Shown here in pieces: positions 12,201 through 23,230 of a DNA stretch of 64,000 nt. Every line of letters starts with the position of its first letter. The stretch's first letter is position 1. A program made the position numbers and the translations under genes. The notes under the pieces were generated by a model, which was not told the DNA's origin, did not search any database, and saw only the letters and a list, made by a program, of their open reading frames with translations. Location: assembly GCA_013239625.1 (NCBI GenBank), contig MU053085.1, positions 1 through 64,000 on the forward strand. The letters are read 5' to 3'. The stretch is from Lama guanicoe (lineage: Eukaryota).

Positions 12201-13745
12201 CCTCAGGGGGCATGGGAGTTGCTGGTGGGAGGCAAGAAACAAGTTCTGGCTGCTGGTGGGCCCACTGCCCAATGCACATGCCCCGGGGAGGGAGAGCCCG
12301 CGGACGGGACGCTGCGTGGCTATGCCTGCAGGCGGCCCTGCGCAAGTTTACAAAGCCCGAGCAGTGGACAGATCTCTTGGGGGTTGGTCTGGGACTTCCT
12401 CGCTGTTTAAACGCCAATTCTTAGTCAACGACTGCCAGCTGTTTTGGAATCCAACCCATCCAAAGTCTGATCTGCCTGGAACCACAGAAGTCAGTGCCTG
12501 GGGGAGCCCAGGACACCCATGCTCCAGCAGCTGCCAACTGCTCACCATCCATAATGATCCCCATCTCGCCTCCCGAACATTTTCAGTGAAATCTGTTCTT
12601 GTATGTCCTCTCATCCCCAGGAATGAACAGTGACCACCTACATCGCTGCACAGCATGACGGGGACACGGGAGGGCTCTGATCAGGCATTGGGGGCTGGGT
12701 TGGCTCCACATAAGTGGAGAAGCGTGTGGAGTATGAGGGCATCTGGGGGCCCGCGTTCTCCCCCTGGCTGATGTCAAAGAGGCCTTACGGAAAGAGACAG
12801 GACAAGTGTCCTCACTGAGGGAAGAGTCTGTGTTTTCTAAGACGCGCTGGCAGGTGGCGCTGCCGGATACAGTTTTAGGATAGAACGTATGCTAAGATAA
12901 GGCAGGGAGTTTTCAGGCCAACGCTGTGTGACTTTGCTAGAGATCCTTCATTAAAGCACAGGCAGGGCTCAGCTCACAGCCCATGTGCTATCCCAAACTC
13001 ACAGCATGAGGCCTAAGTGAGGGTGACTCTGTGCCTGGGCACATCCGGGGATGGGCGGTGGGGCAAAGCCGATGCCTGGGGACCTCCATGGCTGTTCCAA
13101 ACCAGCCGACCAGGCACCACAAGCACCGTGCACGCATGAGCTAAGGGCTCCATCAACACCAGGACAACTTTGCAGGTGTCACTGTTAGCTGAGAGGTGCT
13201 GAACGTGAGTGGCTCTCTGGGTAACTGGGAGGGAGGTGGGCGGGGGGCTGCTGGCTCTTCCCTCCAGAATCCCTGCACCAACACACACCTGTGCCTCTCC
13301 CCTAAGGCCATCACATATACTCAAAACCAAAACACAACAAAATGAAACAAAGGACGAACTAGGGAGAATGGGACCAATTCAGTGCCTTGATGCTGCAGGA
13401 CTGCAGTAAAAGAAAAGTGAAAAGAGGCTTTCTTCCTCTCTAGGAGATATTGGAGACAGACACCCAGGCACCACTGGGAACTTGGTGGGAGTCAAGGCCA
13501 CCACTGTGTCCCAGAGCTGCTGCCCTCCCACAACCGGGGTCAGGATTTCTGGGGGAAATCAAGTCATGGCCGTCAGAGAATACCCTGAGTGTGGCAGCTT
13601 GGGGAAGGGGACCCTGGGAAGTGACCTCACTTCCCTGGCAACCGAACCCAACAGAATTAAGACCCGAGGTCACCGGGCACCCACTCTGTCGAGAAGCCCC
13701 TACTCAGCTCACCCGGTTGGTGAACTCAGCTCAACTCAGTCACCC

Positions 13746-13880
13746 ATGTTCTGCTGCATCCCAACACACCGAGGCCGCGGTGCCCAGAAGGACCGCAGCC
13801 AGGGGCTGGGCCAGTGGTGCCGGTGCTGGCTCAGCTCTCACCCCAGGCGCCTCTGGCCTTTTGGCCACAGGGACCCAAAG
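13746..13880 (+). CDS. Coding exon 1 of predicted spliced gene: MFCCIPTHRGRGAQKDRSQGLGQWCRCWLSSHPRRLWPFGHRDPK
   Basis: ATG at 13746, 45 codons, phase-0 donor AAG|gtaacc at 13880/13881. The MF(S)CC...W.R.W....RRLWPF pattern is one I recall from N-termini of multicopy mammalian 'RalGDS-like' predicted proteins. Confidence 0.7.
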
Positions 13881-14296
13881 GTAACCCAGGGAGGCCCGGG
13901 GCAGGCCCGACCAGCCCAGGCCACCACTCAGGCCCCACCTGGGTATAGCCCCACATCCCCTTCCCTTTGCTGGTGGAGGTGGGCTGTCATGTTGGGCTGG
14001 GTTGGGGGGCCTGCCTCAAGCACGAGCAGGTCAGAGGCCTGGGGGGCCTGTCACGTCCGCACCCCGGGTCCCAGCTGGCGGGCTGGGCTGTGGCCAGCCG
14101 GGCAGGGCCCTGCCGCCCGAGTCGAAGCCCGTGCCCTCTGGCTGTATCTCTTCCCTCCCGGGTGGCTGTCTCAGCTGACCAAGGTCCCGTCTGATCGGGC
14201 AGCAGAGGGTCGAGCGGGCAGAAGCGGGAGTGGCCCTGGCCGGGCAGGGCTCTGAGACCTCCAGGCCGGGCCCGCTGCCACTCACTGTCATTGCAG

Positions 14297-14392
14297 AGCC
14301 GGAGACTGCAGGAGACGCTGGATCGGGACACCCACGCCGCCTCCCCGAGCGAGGGGCCGCTGCACGCTTCTCAGGGCCAGCACCAGCTCCGG
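14297..14392 (+). CDS. Coding exon 2: SRRLQETLDRDTHAASPSEGPLHASQGQHQLR
   Basis: Acceptor ctcactgtcattgcag|, donor CGG|gtgagt. 96 nt, phase 0-0, open in frame with exon 1. Confidence 0.65.
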
Positions 14393-14514
14393 GTGAGTCT
14401 GCACACGGAAGGGTCCTCACCACCACGACGGCCTCCTCCCCAGAAACCGCCCAGGCGGCACGCCAGGGCCCTGCCCGCGGCTGACAGGCAGCTCAGCAGA
14501 CCCAGCTCTGACCA

Positions 14515-14544
14515 TAACCCTAACCCTAACCCTAACCCTAACCC
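14515..14544. repeat. Short interstitial telomeric repeat (TAACCC)5
   Basis: Five perfect TAACCC units (TTAGGG on the minus strand) inside predicted intron 2. Confidence 0.95.
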
Positions 14545-14577
14545 ACATGTCCCAGGGAGCAGCTCCCTGGGAGTCAG

Positions 14578-14614
14578 GTGGAGGACCAGGAGACCACCGA
14601 GGCACAGCCCCAAG
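14578..14614 (+). CDS. Coding exon 3: VEDQETTEAQPQ(V)
   Basis: Acceptor gagtcag| (an alternative in-frame acceptor at 14563 adds LPGSQ), donor AAG|gtgaga. 37 nt, phase 0-1. The acceptor choice is uncertain: the first AG after the branch region (exon start 14556) would shift the frame. Confidence 0.5.
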
Positions 14615-14924
14615 GTGAGAAGGGCGGGGCTGGTGAACGTGCGCAGGCGAGGGAGGGCCGAGGGCTGGGCCACACAGGGAGGCGTCCCCGGAGGCTGCTG
14701 CTGGCACCAGAGCAAACATTGGTCTCAGACCACCTGCCTACAAGAGTTCAGTCACAAAACACATCCTGTGGGCACTTGCTGGGTGGGAGCTGTCCGCAAA
14801 GCTCTGGGAAGATGTCCGCCCTTGAAGAGGCCCACGGAAAGGGAGGCACGTGGCTCAAGTTTTCCTCTCTCAAAGCACGAGCGAGCGCATCCACGAGACT
14901 CAAAGCTCTCTCCACTTCCAACAG

Positions 14925-15448
14925 TCACAGATCCAGAGCAGGCGCGGGCAGGGGAAGATGCCACAGACCAAAACCAGGACCATCAGGATCCAGCAGGAGA
15001 CCCCGAGCTCCCTCCTGCTGCTCCTGCAGCTTCTGTAGCTCCAGCAGCTAACGCTGCTCCTGAAGATCCTGCCGCTCCTGCCCCTCCAGCAGCTCCTACT
15101 GCTCCTGACGATTTCGCAGCTCCTGCTCCTCCAGAAGTTCCCGCAGTTCCTGCTGATCCTGAAGGTCCCACAGCTCCTGCTGCTTCCAAAGGTCCTGAAG
15201 ATGCTGCACCTGCAGCTGGACCGCTGGGCCACTGAGAACCATTTCAGGCATCATCAGCCCCTGGGGCTGAGCCCCCTCTGCGCCCACCCGCACCTTCTTC
15301 TTCAAAATCCCACCATGAATCCCCTCCCGCACCCAACCTTGACTTCCATTCCCCTGAAGTGATTTGCGTTAGGTTTTTCTTCACTTTCCTCTGTTTGTTT
15401 CATATTGGCTATGGCATCCTTTATTTTGCCCTTTTAAGTTTCTTTTAA
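14925..15448 (+). pseudogene. Terminal exon: Pro/Ala-rich repeat region, premature TGA at 15233-15235, then an in-frame hydrophobic tail to TAA 15446-15448
   Basis: Acceptor ctctctccacttccaacag| is phase 1 and matches exon 3. It reads TDPEQARAGEDATDQNQDHQDPAGDPELPPAAPAA...AAGPLGH*EPFQASSAPGAEPPLRPPAPSSSKSHHESPPAPNLDFHSPEVICVRFFFTFLCLFHIGYGILYFALLSFF*. The homologous codon in copy 3 is GGA. Confidence 0.65.
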
Positions 15449-18400
15449 AAAAATATTGACTTTGTCCCTCTGGAATTGTGCAATTCAGGAGCACTAGGTG
15501 CCTTCACGATGATGTACGACCATCACTACCTGCAGGCTCACACCATTCCTTTCTTCAAAGTAAAAACTTGGATCCACATCACGCTCTGCCCGCAACACCT
15601 CATCCCCCAGCCCCTGACAGCCCCGAGTCCTCTTCCCCTCTGGGTGTCTTTACCTCTCCTGGGTGTTCCCTGTCAATGAAGCCACAGGAAAGCTGGCTTT
15701 GCGTGCCTGCCCACGTGCCTTAAGCGGGGACTGGTGATGTTTTCTTTTGTTTTCACTTGAAATCGCATTTTGATTATTGGAAAGGGAAATCCAGGTGGGC
15801 TAAAGATGTCATGTGCAAAATGAAGCCCTTTCGGTAACTCTCTGCATAACCTCGGGGGAGGCGCTGCTCTTCCCCCTGGGACGCCACAGCCACAAGACAG
15901 AAGGGAGATGCTTAGCTCTTCCTGGGGCAAAAACAAAAGCACACAAACCAAGAAACCAGCAAAAGCCCAGAAATATACCCGGAAAGAGACTCCACGACCC
16001 GCGAGGTCCCAAGCTTGGAGAAAGGCTACACATCCCCGGGGTCCAAAAACCTCTCGAGACCCAGCGCTCTAAACAAACAAAACAAACACGCAGATCCAAG
16101 GAGAGGCACAGCAGGTGGCCAGTGTGCGTTAGACGTGCTCGACCTCTCGGGAGGACACAGGCAGTCCGACACACTGTGGGGACAGCACTGGTCACCATGA
16201 CGATGGCAGGGCTTTAGCCTGGTGACAGCCAGCCCTGGTGACAACGTGAGGAGGCAGAGGCCCCAGCAGATACCCCAGAGGGATGAGAGAACAGACACAC
16301 CTCTCCAGGGAAACAGTGTGCAGGAAGCATCACAGGGCCACAGGCGCAGCCCTTTCCCGTCAGTGCCGATCCATAGAGCTGACCCCACCAAAGTGCTCTC
16401 ACAACTTGCAAAGAAGTTTTAACTTCAGCAACATGAAAAGAATCAGTATGTCATCAAGGCATTTTCAGAAGTGACCTGCCCTGGGCCCGAACGATACAAA
16501 CACGTAAATACACAGATACGCACGTAAATGTACACGCACATGCATCCAGGAAAAGGGACAGAGAGACTGAAACACAGACAGGTAGATACAGATAGAAACA
16601 GAGAGAGCGAGAGAAAAGACAGGCGCTGAGAGACACAGATGAGGAGAAGGAACACTGGAGCTGGGAACGAGCGGAAGTCACGCCCATTTTTAAAGGAAAG
16701 ATACTGAGGATGAAAAGCTTATTTCATTTATTCCAGAAAGAAAGCTACTCATAGGCTATCTTTATTTCAGAAATGTAATTCTCTCCTGGTCTTTTATTAC
16801 GATGATACATTGAGTGGATAATAGACATATTCCATTCAACATATACACATTTATATGCAACAAAATAAATATTATACATAAATGTATATATTTACATCCT
16901 CAATTTTATATGTTATAAAAACAACTTGAAAGAATTTGAAGGGCAGAGTATACAGTTGTACTAAAAGCCACCTTTCAGAACACATTAGGCGATGTCTTTC
17001 CTATTTCTCTGTAACTCCTATGCTAGCCAAAGGAGCCACTAAGCAGCCTAAAGATCTGCAATGAAGTGTGCCTCTCTTTGCAACTTTTATGCTTTTCATG
17101 TCCACAGCATAATCGGTGATAGGAAGAAACTGATTGTTTTGGCCTTGGACCTAAATGTCACTATGCATTTGGTTGGCTTAGACTTTCCAAAGGATAAAAT
17201 CATCCCTTTGTCACGTCAAAGAAAGTACCAAAAACCAAAATTGTCAAAGGAGAGTTATAATTTCCTATAATGGAAAAAGAACCTACCTTGTGAGAATGGA
17301 AGATTTCCAAATTATAAAGGAGTCAGATCAGTTGGGCAGGAGCGGGAGGCAAGGGCACCAGCCCGCTCTGGCCAGGCAGGCCGCGGGCGACTCTGAGAGT
17401 CCAGGCGCGGGGCGGGCTTGGCGCGGGGCGGGCTTGGCGGCGGCCCGAGCTCCACGGAGGCTTCCGCGCCCGTCAGCAGAGCGCCCAAGCGGAGGGGGCA
17501 CAGCTTTGGGCCCAGGGGAGGGATAGGGAGCAACATAGGCTCCAGGGTGCTCAGGGTGGGGAGCGACAAGGGTTCCGGGGTGCTCCCCGCGCCCCCAGCC
17601 GTGGCCCCCGGCGCGCAGACTGCCGGCGACCGCCCTCCCCGCCCTGCAGAGGCCCGCGCGGCCTCCCTCCGTCCGCGGGGACCCTGGGCGGCAACCGCAG
17701 CATCCCCCCTCCTTCCGGCGCCCCGCGCCCCGCCGACGCCGCCTTACTCACCTGAGGTGCGCAACCGGCACAGCCGGCCGTTGGCCTCCTTCCCGCCGAA
17801 GCGTCTCGCTGCGGTTCTCCCTTCGTGGGCGGGCTGTTCCCCGGCGGTGGCAGGGGGTTCAGGGGTGGGGGGGCGGGGAGCAATAAACCGAAAGGCTGCC
17901 TGTTTGCATTTTCCACAGGCCGGCGCCACCGCAGCCGCCTTGGATCCTCACAGCCCCCTGCCGGCCGCAGCTCTTGGCTGTCTCGCTGAGCCGACAAGCC
18001 TTCGCGGACAGGGGACGGAGCCGCGGCGCGAGACGGAGGTCGGGCGGCGGTGTGCGCAGACTCTTTCCTGTGGGGACTGCGCGCATGCTCACCAGCGGGG
18101 CGGGACCTGCGGCCGCCGTGTGGGGGCGGGACACGCGGCCGCTGCGTGTGGCCGGCCCCGCCCAGGGGCGCTGGTCCGGCTCAGCCAATCGGGAGCGCCG
18201 GGTACCTCGGCGCGGGCGCTTTGAATGCTTCCTGGGCCGCGTGAGGCAGCGGCAGGGTGGCCACGCCACTGCCGTTTTGGGAGATCTTTTGAGATCGGGA
18301 GGGGATCCCGCCCCTCATGCTTTCGCTGGACCCCCACACTCGCCCTGCCGCGGGACTGGCGAAAAAAAAAACAGCTGGGAAAGTAAAATAACACTGACTT

Positions 18401-21400
18401 CAGGTAACAGTTACCTCTTTGGATGGAAGGAAGGGAATGGGATAAAGGAAAGGTGAAAAAGAAACTTCAAGCATTTGCATATTATTTGATTTCTTAAAAG
18501 AAAGATTTTTAAATGCTAACATTTTGCCAGAATGCTTAAATTTTTTAAAGAAATAAAATGTTAATATGTAATTTTGTTACAAAAATACCCAAAATATATT
18601 CATGCATATGCACACAGATATGCATATTTTATATCTAAATGTAAAAAACTTTAGTCAATGAATAAAATTATAGAAATTTTCTTTATCATTGAACTTTATT
18701 CTTTTCCTTAACTTACGGTTATTTCAGGTACTTCAGGGCTCCAGAGCCTGCCAGGAGATGCACATATCCAAGAAGGCCAGTCCCCAGCAGGGAAGCAGGA
18801 TGGAACCCCAGGTGCAGGTAGGTCAAGGGAGGATGGGGATGCTGGGGATGGTCAAAGGCAGGCAGCGAGGCTCGAGGTCAGGCAATGGGGAGGGAAGCAT
18901 CGGGGTCTATGTGGGGCACAGGTAGGCCAAGGCAGGATTGAATGAGGGGCGCTGTGCGGGACCGAAGTAGGAAGGGAGGGGAGGGGTGCTTCAGGAGCCA
19001 GGGTCGGGGTATCTCCCCCTACCTCCTGCCACCTCCCAGAGCAGCAGCTGAATCCCTCCTGAGCTCCCTGTCAGACAGGCCCAGCTTTGGTATCTGCATC
19101 CTTGCCCCAAGTTGCTACACTGCTCCTCTCATCTGGATCCCACTGCCCGCTTTTCTTCCCCGCCAGTGACCTGTGCTCAAACGCCCCGCTGGCTGGGACA
19201 CCAGACCCAGTGCACCGTCCAAGGGACACCAGGGGGATTCCCTTGTTCTGTGAGCCAGTGTTCTCCAGGTGGACAGGTTTCTCTGCCTCTCCTCCCAATG
19301 TGTAAGGCCTTCTCTCTAGGTGCTAAAGCCCTACACATTGACCTGTTTGGGTTTGTTTCTCGGCCTCCAATTTTACCCCGTCAGATGACTGTCCATAAGT
19401 TTATAAGAAGCCTTANNNNNNNNNNNNNNNNNNNNNNNNNNNNNNNNNNNNNNNNNNNNNNNNNNNNNNNNNNNNNNNNNNNNNNNNNNNNNNNNNNNNN
19501 NNNNNNNNNNNNGACCTGAAGCTCCTGGTGCTCGATACCTGACCAAGCTCCTCTTGGTACCTCTCCATCCACAGAGCCGCATACTCTGCCCGGTGGCCAA
19601 GAACCCTCAGATGTCTTTGCTGTATCTGGAGTGGAGTCCGATCTCTCTCCCTTTTGGCACTAGCCTTGAATAAATTCTTTCCTACCATTTTTAACAAGTG
19701 TCCGGTGAATACTTTCTCCTCACCAGCAGCACCGTGGAGCCTGCCGCATGGCGGTCACAGCTCAAGCACACCCAGGCTTACACCCTCAGTTACTAGGTTC
19801 CCCCCACACGCCCGCATGACACAGAACCTGAAAAAAGTCTGAGCGCTTCCAGAGCATGGAACCCGCGCACCCCACCTTTCCTCCTGTGCGATCTCCTGGG
19901 GTCTCATCCTGCGCCTCCCTCTGTCCACGGCTTCCCAGTGGTCCAGGCTCCCCACTGGCAGTTCTCAGGTCTCTATGGTGACCGCGCTCCTTTCCTGACC
20001 ATGCTTCACACCACCCCACAGGGTCATCAGGCAGGAAGCTTTGGAAGGTCCAGGGCAGGGATACAACTTAACCTGTTCTCAAGGGGGACAGAGGCACCCA
20101 CTGACTTTCTCTGAGGATGCAGGAGATTTAGCATCTGCCACAATGAGAGCCCACACTCCACTCTGGGCTGGGATGGGTTTTTTTCCCTAAATCACAATGA
20201 CAGCCATCACTCACTCTACTAAATGCTGTTCCCAGCAGCCCTGGATTGTGCTGTTTCACCGAGGCCTCTGCCTGGAGGTGGCTATCCCCATCTGCCCAAA
20301 GGGCCCAGGACTCCCTAGGTCTGCATGGGGCACAGACCAACAGTGAGGCTGGACCCTAACTTCCATATTTCATTTCAGTCAGGCAAGTTTTTTTCCTATT
20401 GTTTTATAAAAGATTAAAATAGCGGGAAGACACTGGTTAGAGAGACTAGTCATGAGGAATTACAAATAATTCAAATCTTCTTCCCTGGAATCTCACATTT
20501 AGGTGCAAAAATTGAGCACCAAAGTATGCCCATCCACTGCTCCCACCTGTCACGAGATGGGGCTGCTCATCAGAAGGGGAGCAGACCCCACGCCAGGGCC
20601 CCGAAGGAGGACAGGGTGACTGCATTGTAGAAAATGACAGGGTACATGAAACACACAGGAGTGTCTTTAAAACATGCACACACTGATCTGTTTTTCAATT
20701 AAATTGGCCACGGAGTTTAGTCAAGCAATTTTTTTCCTTTATTTTTGTTAAATACAACTCCAGAAAGTATAGTGCAAACACTCAGTAGAAAAGTTGCAAT
20801 TAAGAAATGTACATTCACATTTAACATTTCAGTCCATTCACTTTGTTTCTAAATAAAAATAGGACAAATTATTCAATGACTTGTCTCAATTTAACAATCT
20901 TGGAAAAGACTGGAAGGTGCTCTACAGTGTCCAGTGGACGTAAAAATAGACCCGTATTGATTATACAAATCTATCATGAAAAGTTACCCAGTGATATTGA
21001 GTTGTTGTCCTGATTCAGACATCTCGTTTCCATGTCTTCAGAAGCGTTCTCAGTGAGCTCTACTGGTGGGAGGATGTGTCACCCGGGCCACTCTGTGCCC
21101 AGGAAGGGACACGGAAGGGCTGAAGGGTTCCCAAAACCCTTCTCAGTGCGTAAAGAGAACCCAAGAGTGGGCTTTGGGTTTACCTTAAATGAGAGTGGAA
21201 TCTGCTGCTAAGAGGTGGCCATGATCACCTTACATCATCTCCGCGTGTGCAGGGTGGTGTGCGGTCAGTGTGCACGAGAGATGGGGAGGGTGCCGAGGCC
21301 AAGTGGGGGTGCTGCAGGAGGGGTGCGGGAGCCACTGAGGCGTGGGGGCCAGGACCCGCCATGGCGGGACGCTCTGCGGCCAGCCGGCGGACAACCCGTG

Positions 21401-23230
21401 GTGACCGGGGCCTATCCCTTTGCTCATGCTGCGTGTCTTGGAAACCAAAGGAAGTGACACACAATTAGGAACATCACGGCATGTGATGCTGGATGCAAAG
21501 GGCTTGTGCAGCCACGGTTTCGCCAGGGCCAAAGGCAGAACTACAGGCCTCTATGGGACTGATGCCTGGGCGGGGAGTGCCGGTGCTCCAGGCCAGCAGG
21601 AGAGATCGTGGTCTATTCATCAGGAGTCCCAGGACGTGGGGGTGATCCCCTGAGACGTGTGCTTTGTGCCCGGGCCTCAGGGGGCGTGGGAGTTGCTGGT
21701 GGGAGGCAAGAAACATGTTGTGACTGCTGGTGGGCCCACTGCCCAATGCACATGCCCCGGGGAGTGAGAACCCGCGGACTGGACGCTACGTGGCTGTGCC
21801 TGCAGGCGGCCCTGCACATGTTTTAAAAGCCCAAGAGGTGGCGAGATCTCCTGGGGGTTGGTCTGGGACTTCCTCGCTGTTTAAACGCCAATTCTTAGTC
21901 AACGACTGCCAGCTGTTTTGGAATCCAACCCATCCAAAGTCTGATCTGCCTGGAACCACAGAAGTCAGTGCCTGGGGGAGCCCAGGACACCCGTGCTCCA
22001 GCGGCTGCCAACTGCTCACCAACCATCACGATCCCCATCTCGCCTCCCGCACATTTTCAATGAAATCTGTTCTTGTATGTCTTCTCATCCCCAGGAAGGA
22101 GCAGTGACCACCTACATCGCTGCACAGCATGACGGGGACACGGGAGGGCTCTGATCAGGCATTGGGGGCTGGGTTGGCTCCACATAAGTGGAGAAGCGTG
22201 TGGAGTATGAGGGCATCTGGGGGCCCGCGTTCTCCCCCTGGCTGATGTCAAAGAGGCCTTACGGAAAGAGACAGGACAAGTGTCCTCACTGAGGGAAGAG
22301 TCTGTGTTTTCTAAGACGTGCTGGCAGGTGGCGCTGCCGGATACAGTTTTAGGATAGAACGTACGCTAAAATAAGGCAGAGAGTTTTCAGGCCAATGCTG
22401 TATGACTTTGCTAGAGATCCATTGTTAAAGCACAGGCAGGGCTCAGCTGACAGTCCATGTGCTGTTCCAATCTCACAGCATGAGGCCTAAATGAGGGTGA
22501 CTCTGTGCCTGGGCACATCCGGGGATGGGCGGTGAGGCAAACCCGATGCCTGGGGACCTGCCTGGCTGTTCCGTACCAGCGGCCAGGCACCGCCACCTCC
22601 GTGCGCACTTTAGCTAAGGGCTCCAACAACACCAGCACAACTTTGCTGGTGTCACATGGGAGGGAGGAGGGGCTACCGACTCTTCCCTCCAGAATCCCTG
22701 CACCAACACCCACCTGTATCTCTCCCCTCAGGCCTCCACGTATACACAAATCCCAAACACAACAAAATGAAACAAAGCAAAGGNNNNNNNNNNNNNNNNN
22801 NNNNNNNNNNNNNNNNNNNNNNNNNNNNNNNNNNNNNNNNNNNNNNNNNNNNNNNNNNNNNNNNNNNNNNNNNNNNNNNNNNNNNNNNNNNNNNNNNNNN
22901 NNNNNNNNNNNNNNNNNNNNNNNNNNNNNNNNNNNNNNNNNNNNNNNNNNNNNNNNNNNNNNNNNNNNNNNNNNNNNNNNNNNNNNNNNNNNNNNNNNNN
23001 NNNNNNNNNNNNNNNNNNNNNNNNNNNNNNNNNNNNNNNNNNNAGGAAAAAATAAAAGAGACTTTCTTCCTCTCTAGCAGATGTTGGAGACAGATGCCCA
23101 GGCACAACTGGGACCTTGGTGGAAGTCAAGGCCACCTCTGTGTCCCAGAGCTGCTGCCCCCTCTCCTCCCAGGGTCAGGATTTATAGGGGAAATCAAGTC
23201 ATGTCCGTCAGGGAATGCCCTGGGTGTGGC
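15261..23230. repeat. Segmental-duplication unit, copy 2 (diverged, gapped; colinearity with copy 1 ends at ~23230)
   Basis: Colinear with 6033-13595, with many substitutions and small indels. It has an extra ~350 bp at 20215-20566. It diverges after gaatgccctgggtgtggc, before the MFCC exon would be reached. Confidence 0.9.
17335..18360. promoter_or_regulatory. CpG-island promoter (copy 2)
   Basis: Paralog of 8100-9250. CCAAT (~18185) and gcgcgg-gcgc-TTTGAA (~18210-18225) are retained. The plus-strand donor is altered to gtaaca. Confidence 0.8.

Larger units (their letters stand above)
6033..15260. repeat. Segmental-duplication unit, copy 1 (~9.2 kb)
   Basis: ggggctgagccccctctg.gcccacc.gcaccttcttc at ~6035 recurs at ~15263 and ~28748. 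Colinear similarity continues through the CpG island (8100 vs 17335), 9600 vs 18720, 11110 vs 20570 and 12400 vs 21875. Confidence 0.95.

Noticed and set aside
14925..15010. GAGE/PAGE similarity of EDATDQNQDHQDPAGDPE
   Set aside because: Low-complexity resemblance only; exon structure and C-terminus do not fit.
14291..15235. 314-aa unspliced ORF
   Set aside because: It starts at a non-ATG codon and reads through predicted introns, including the telomeric NPNPNP tract. The spliced model explains it better.
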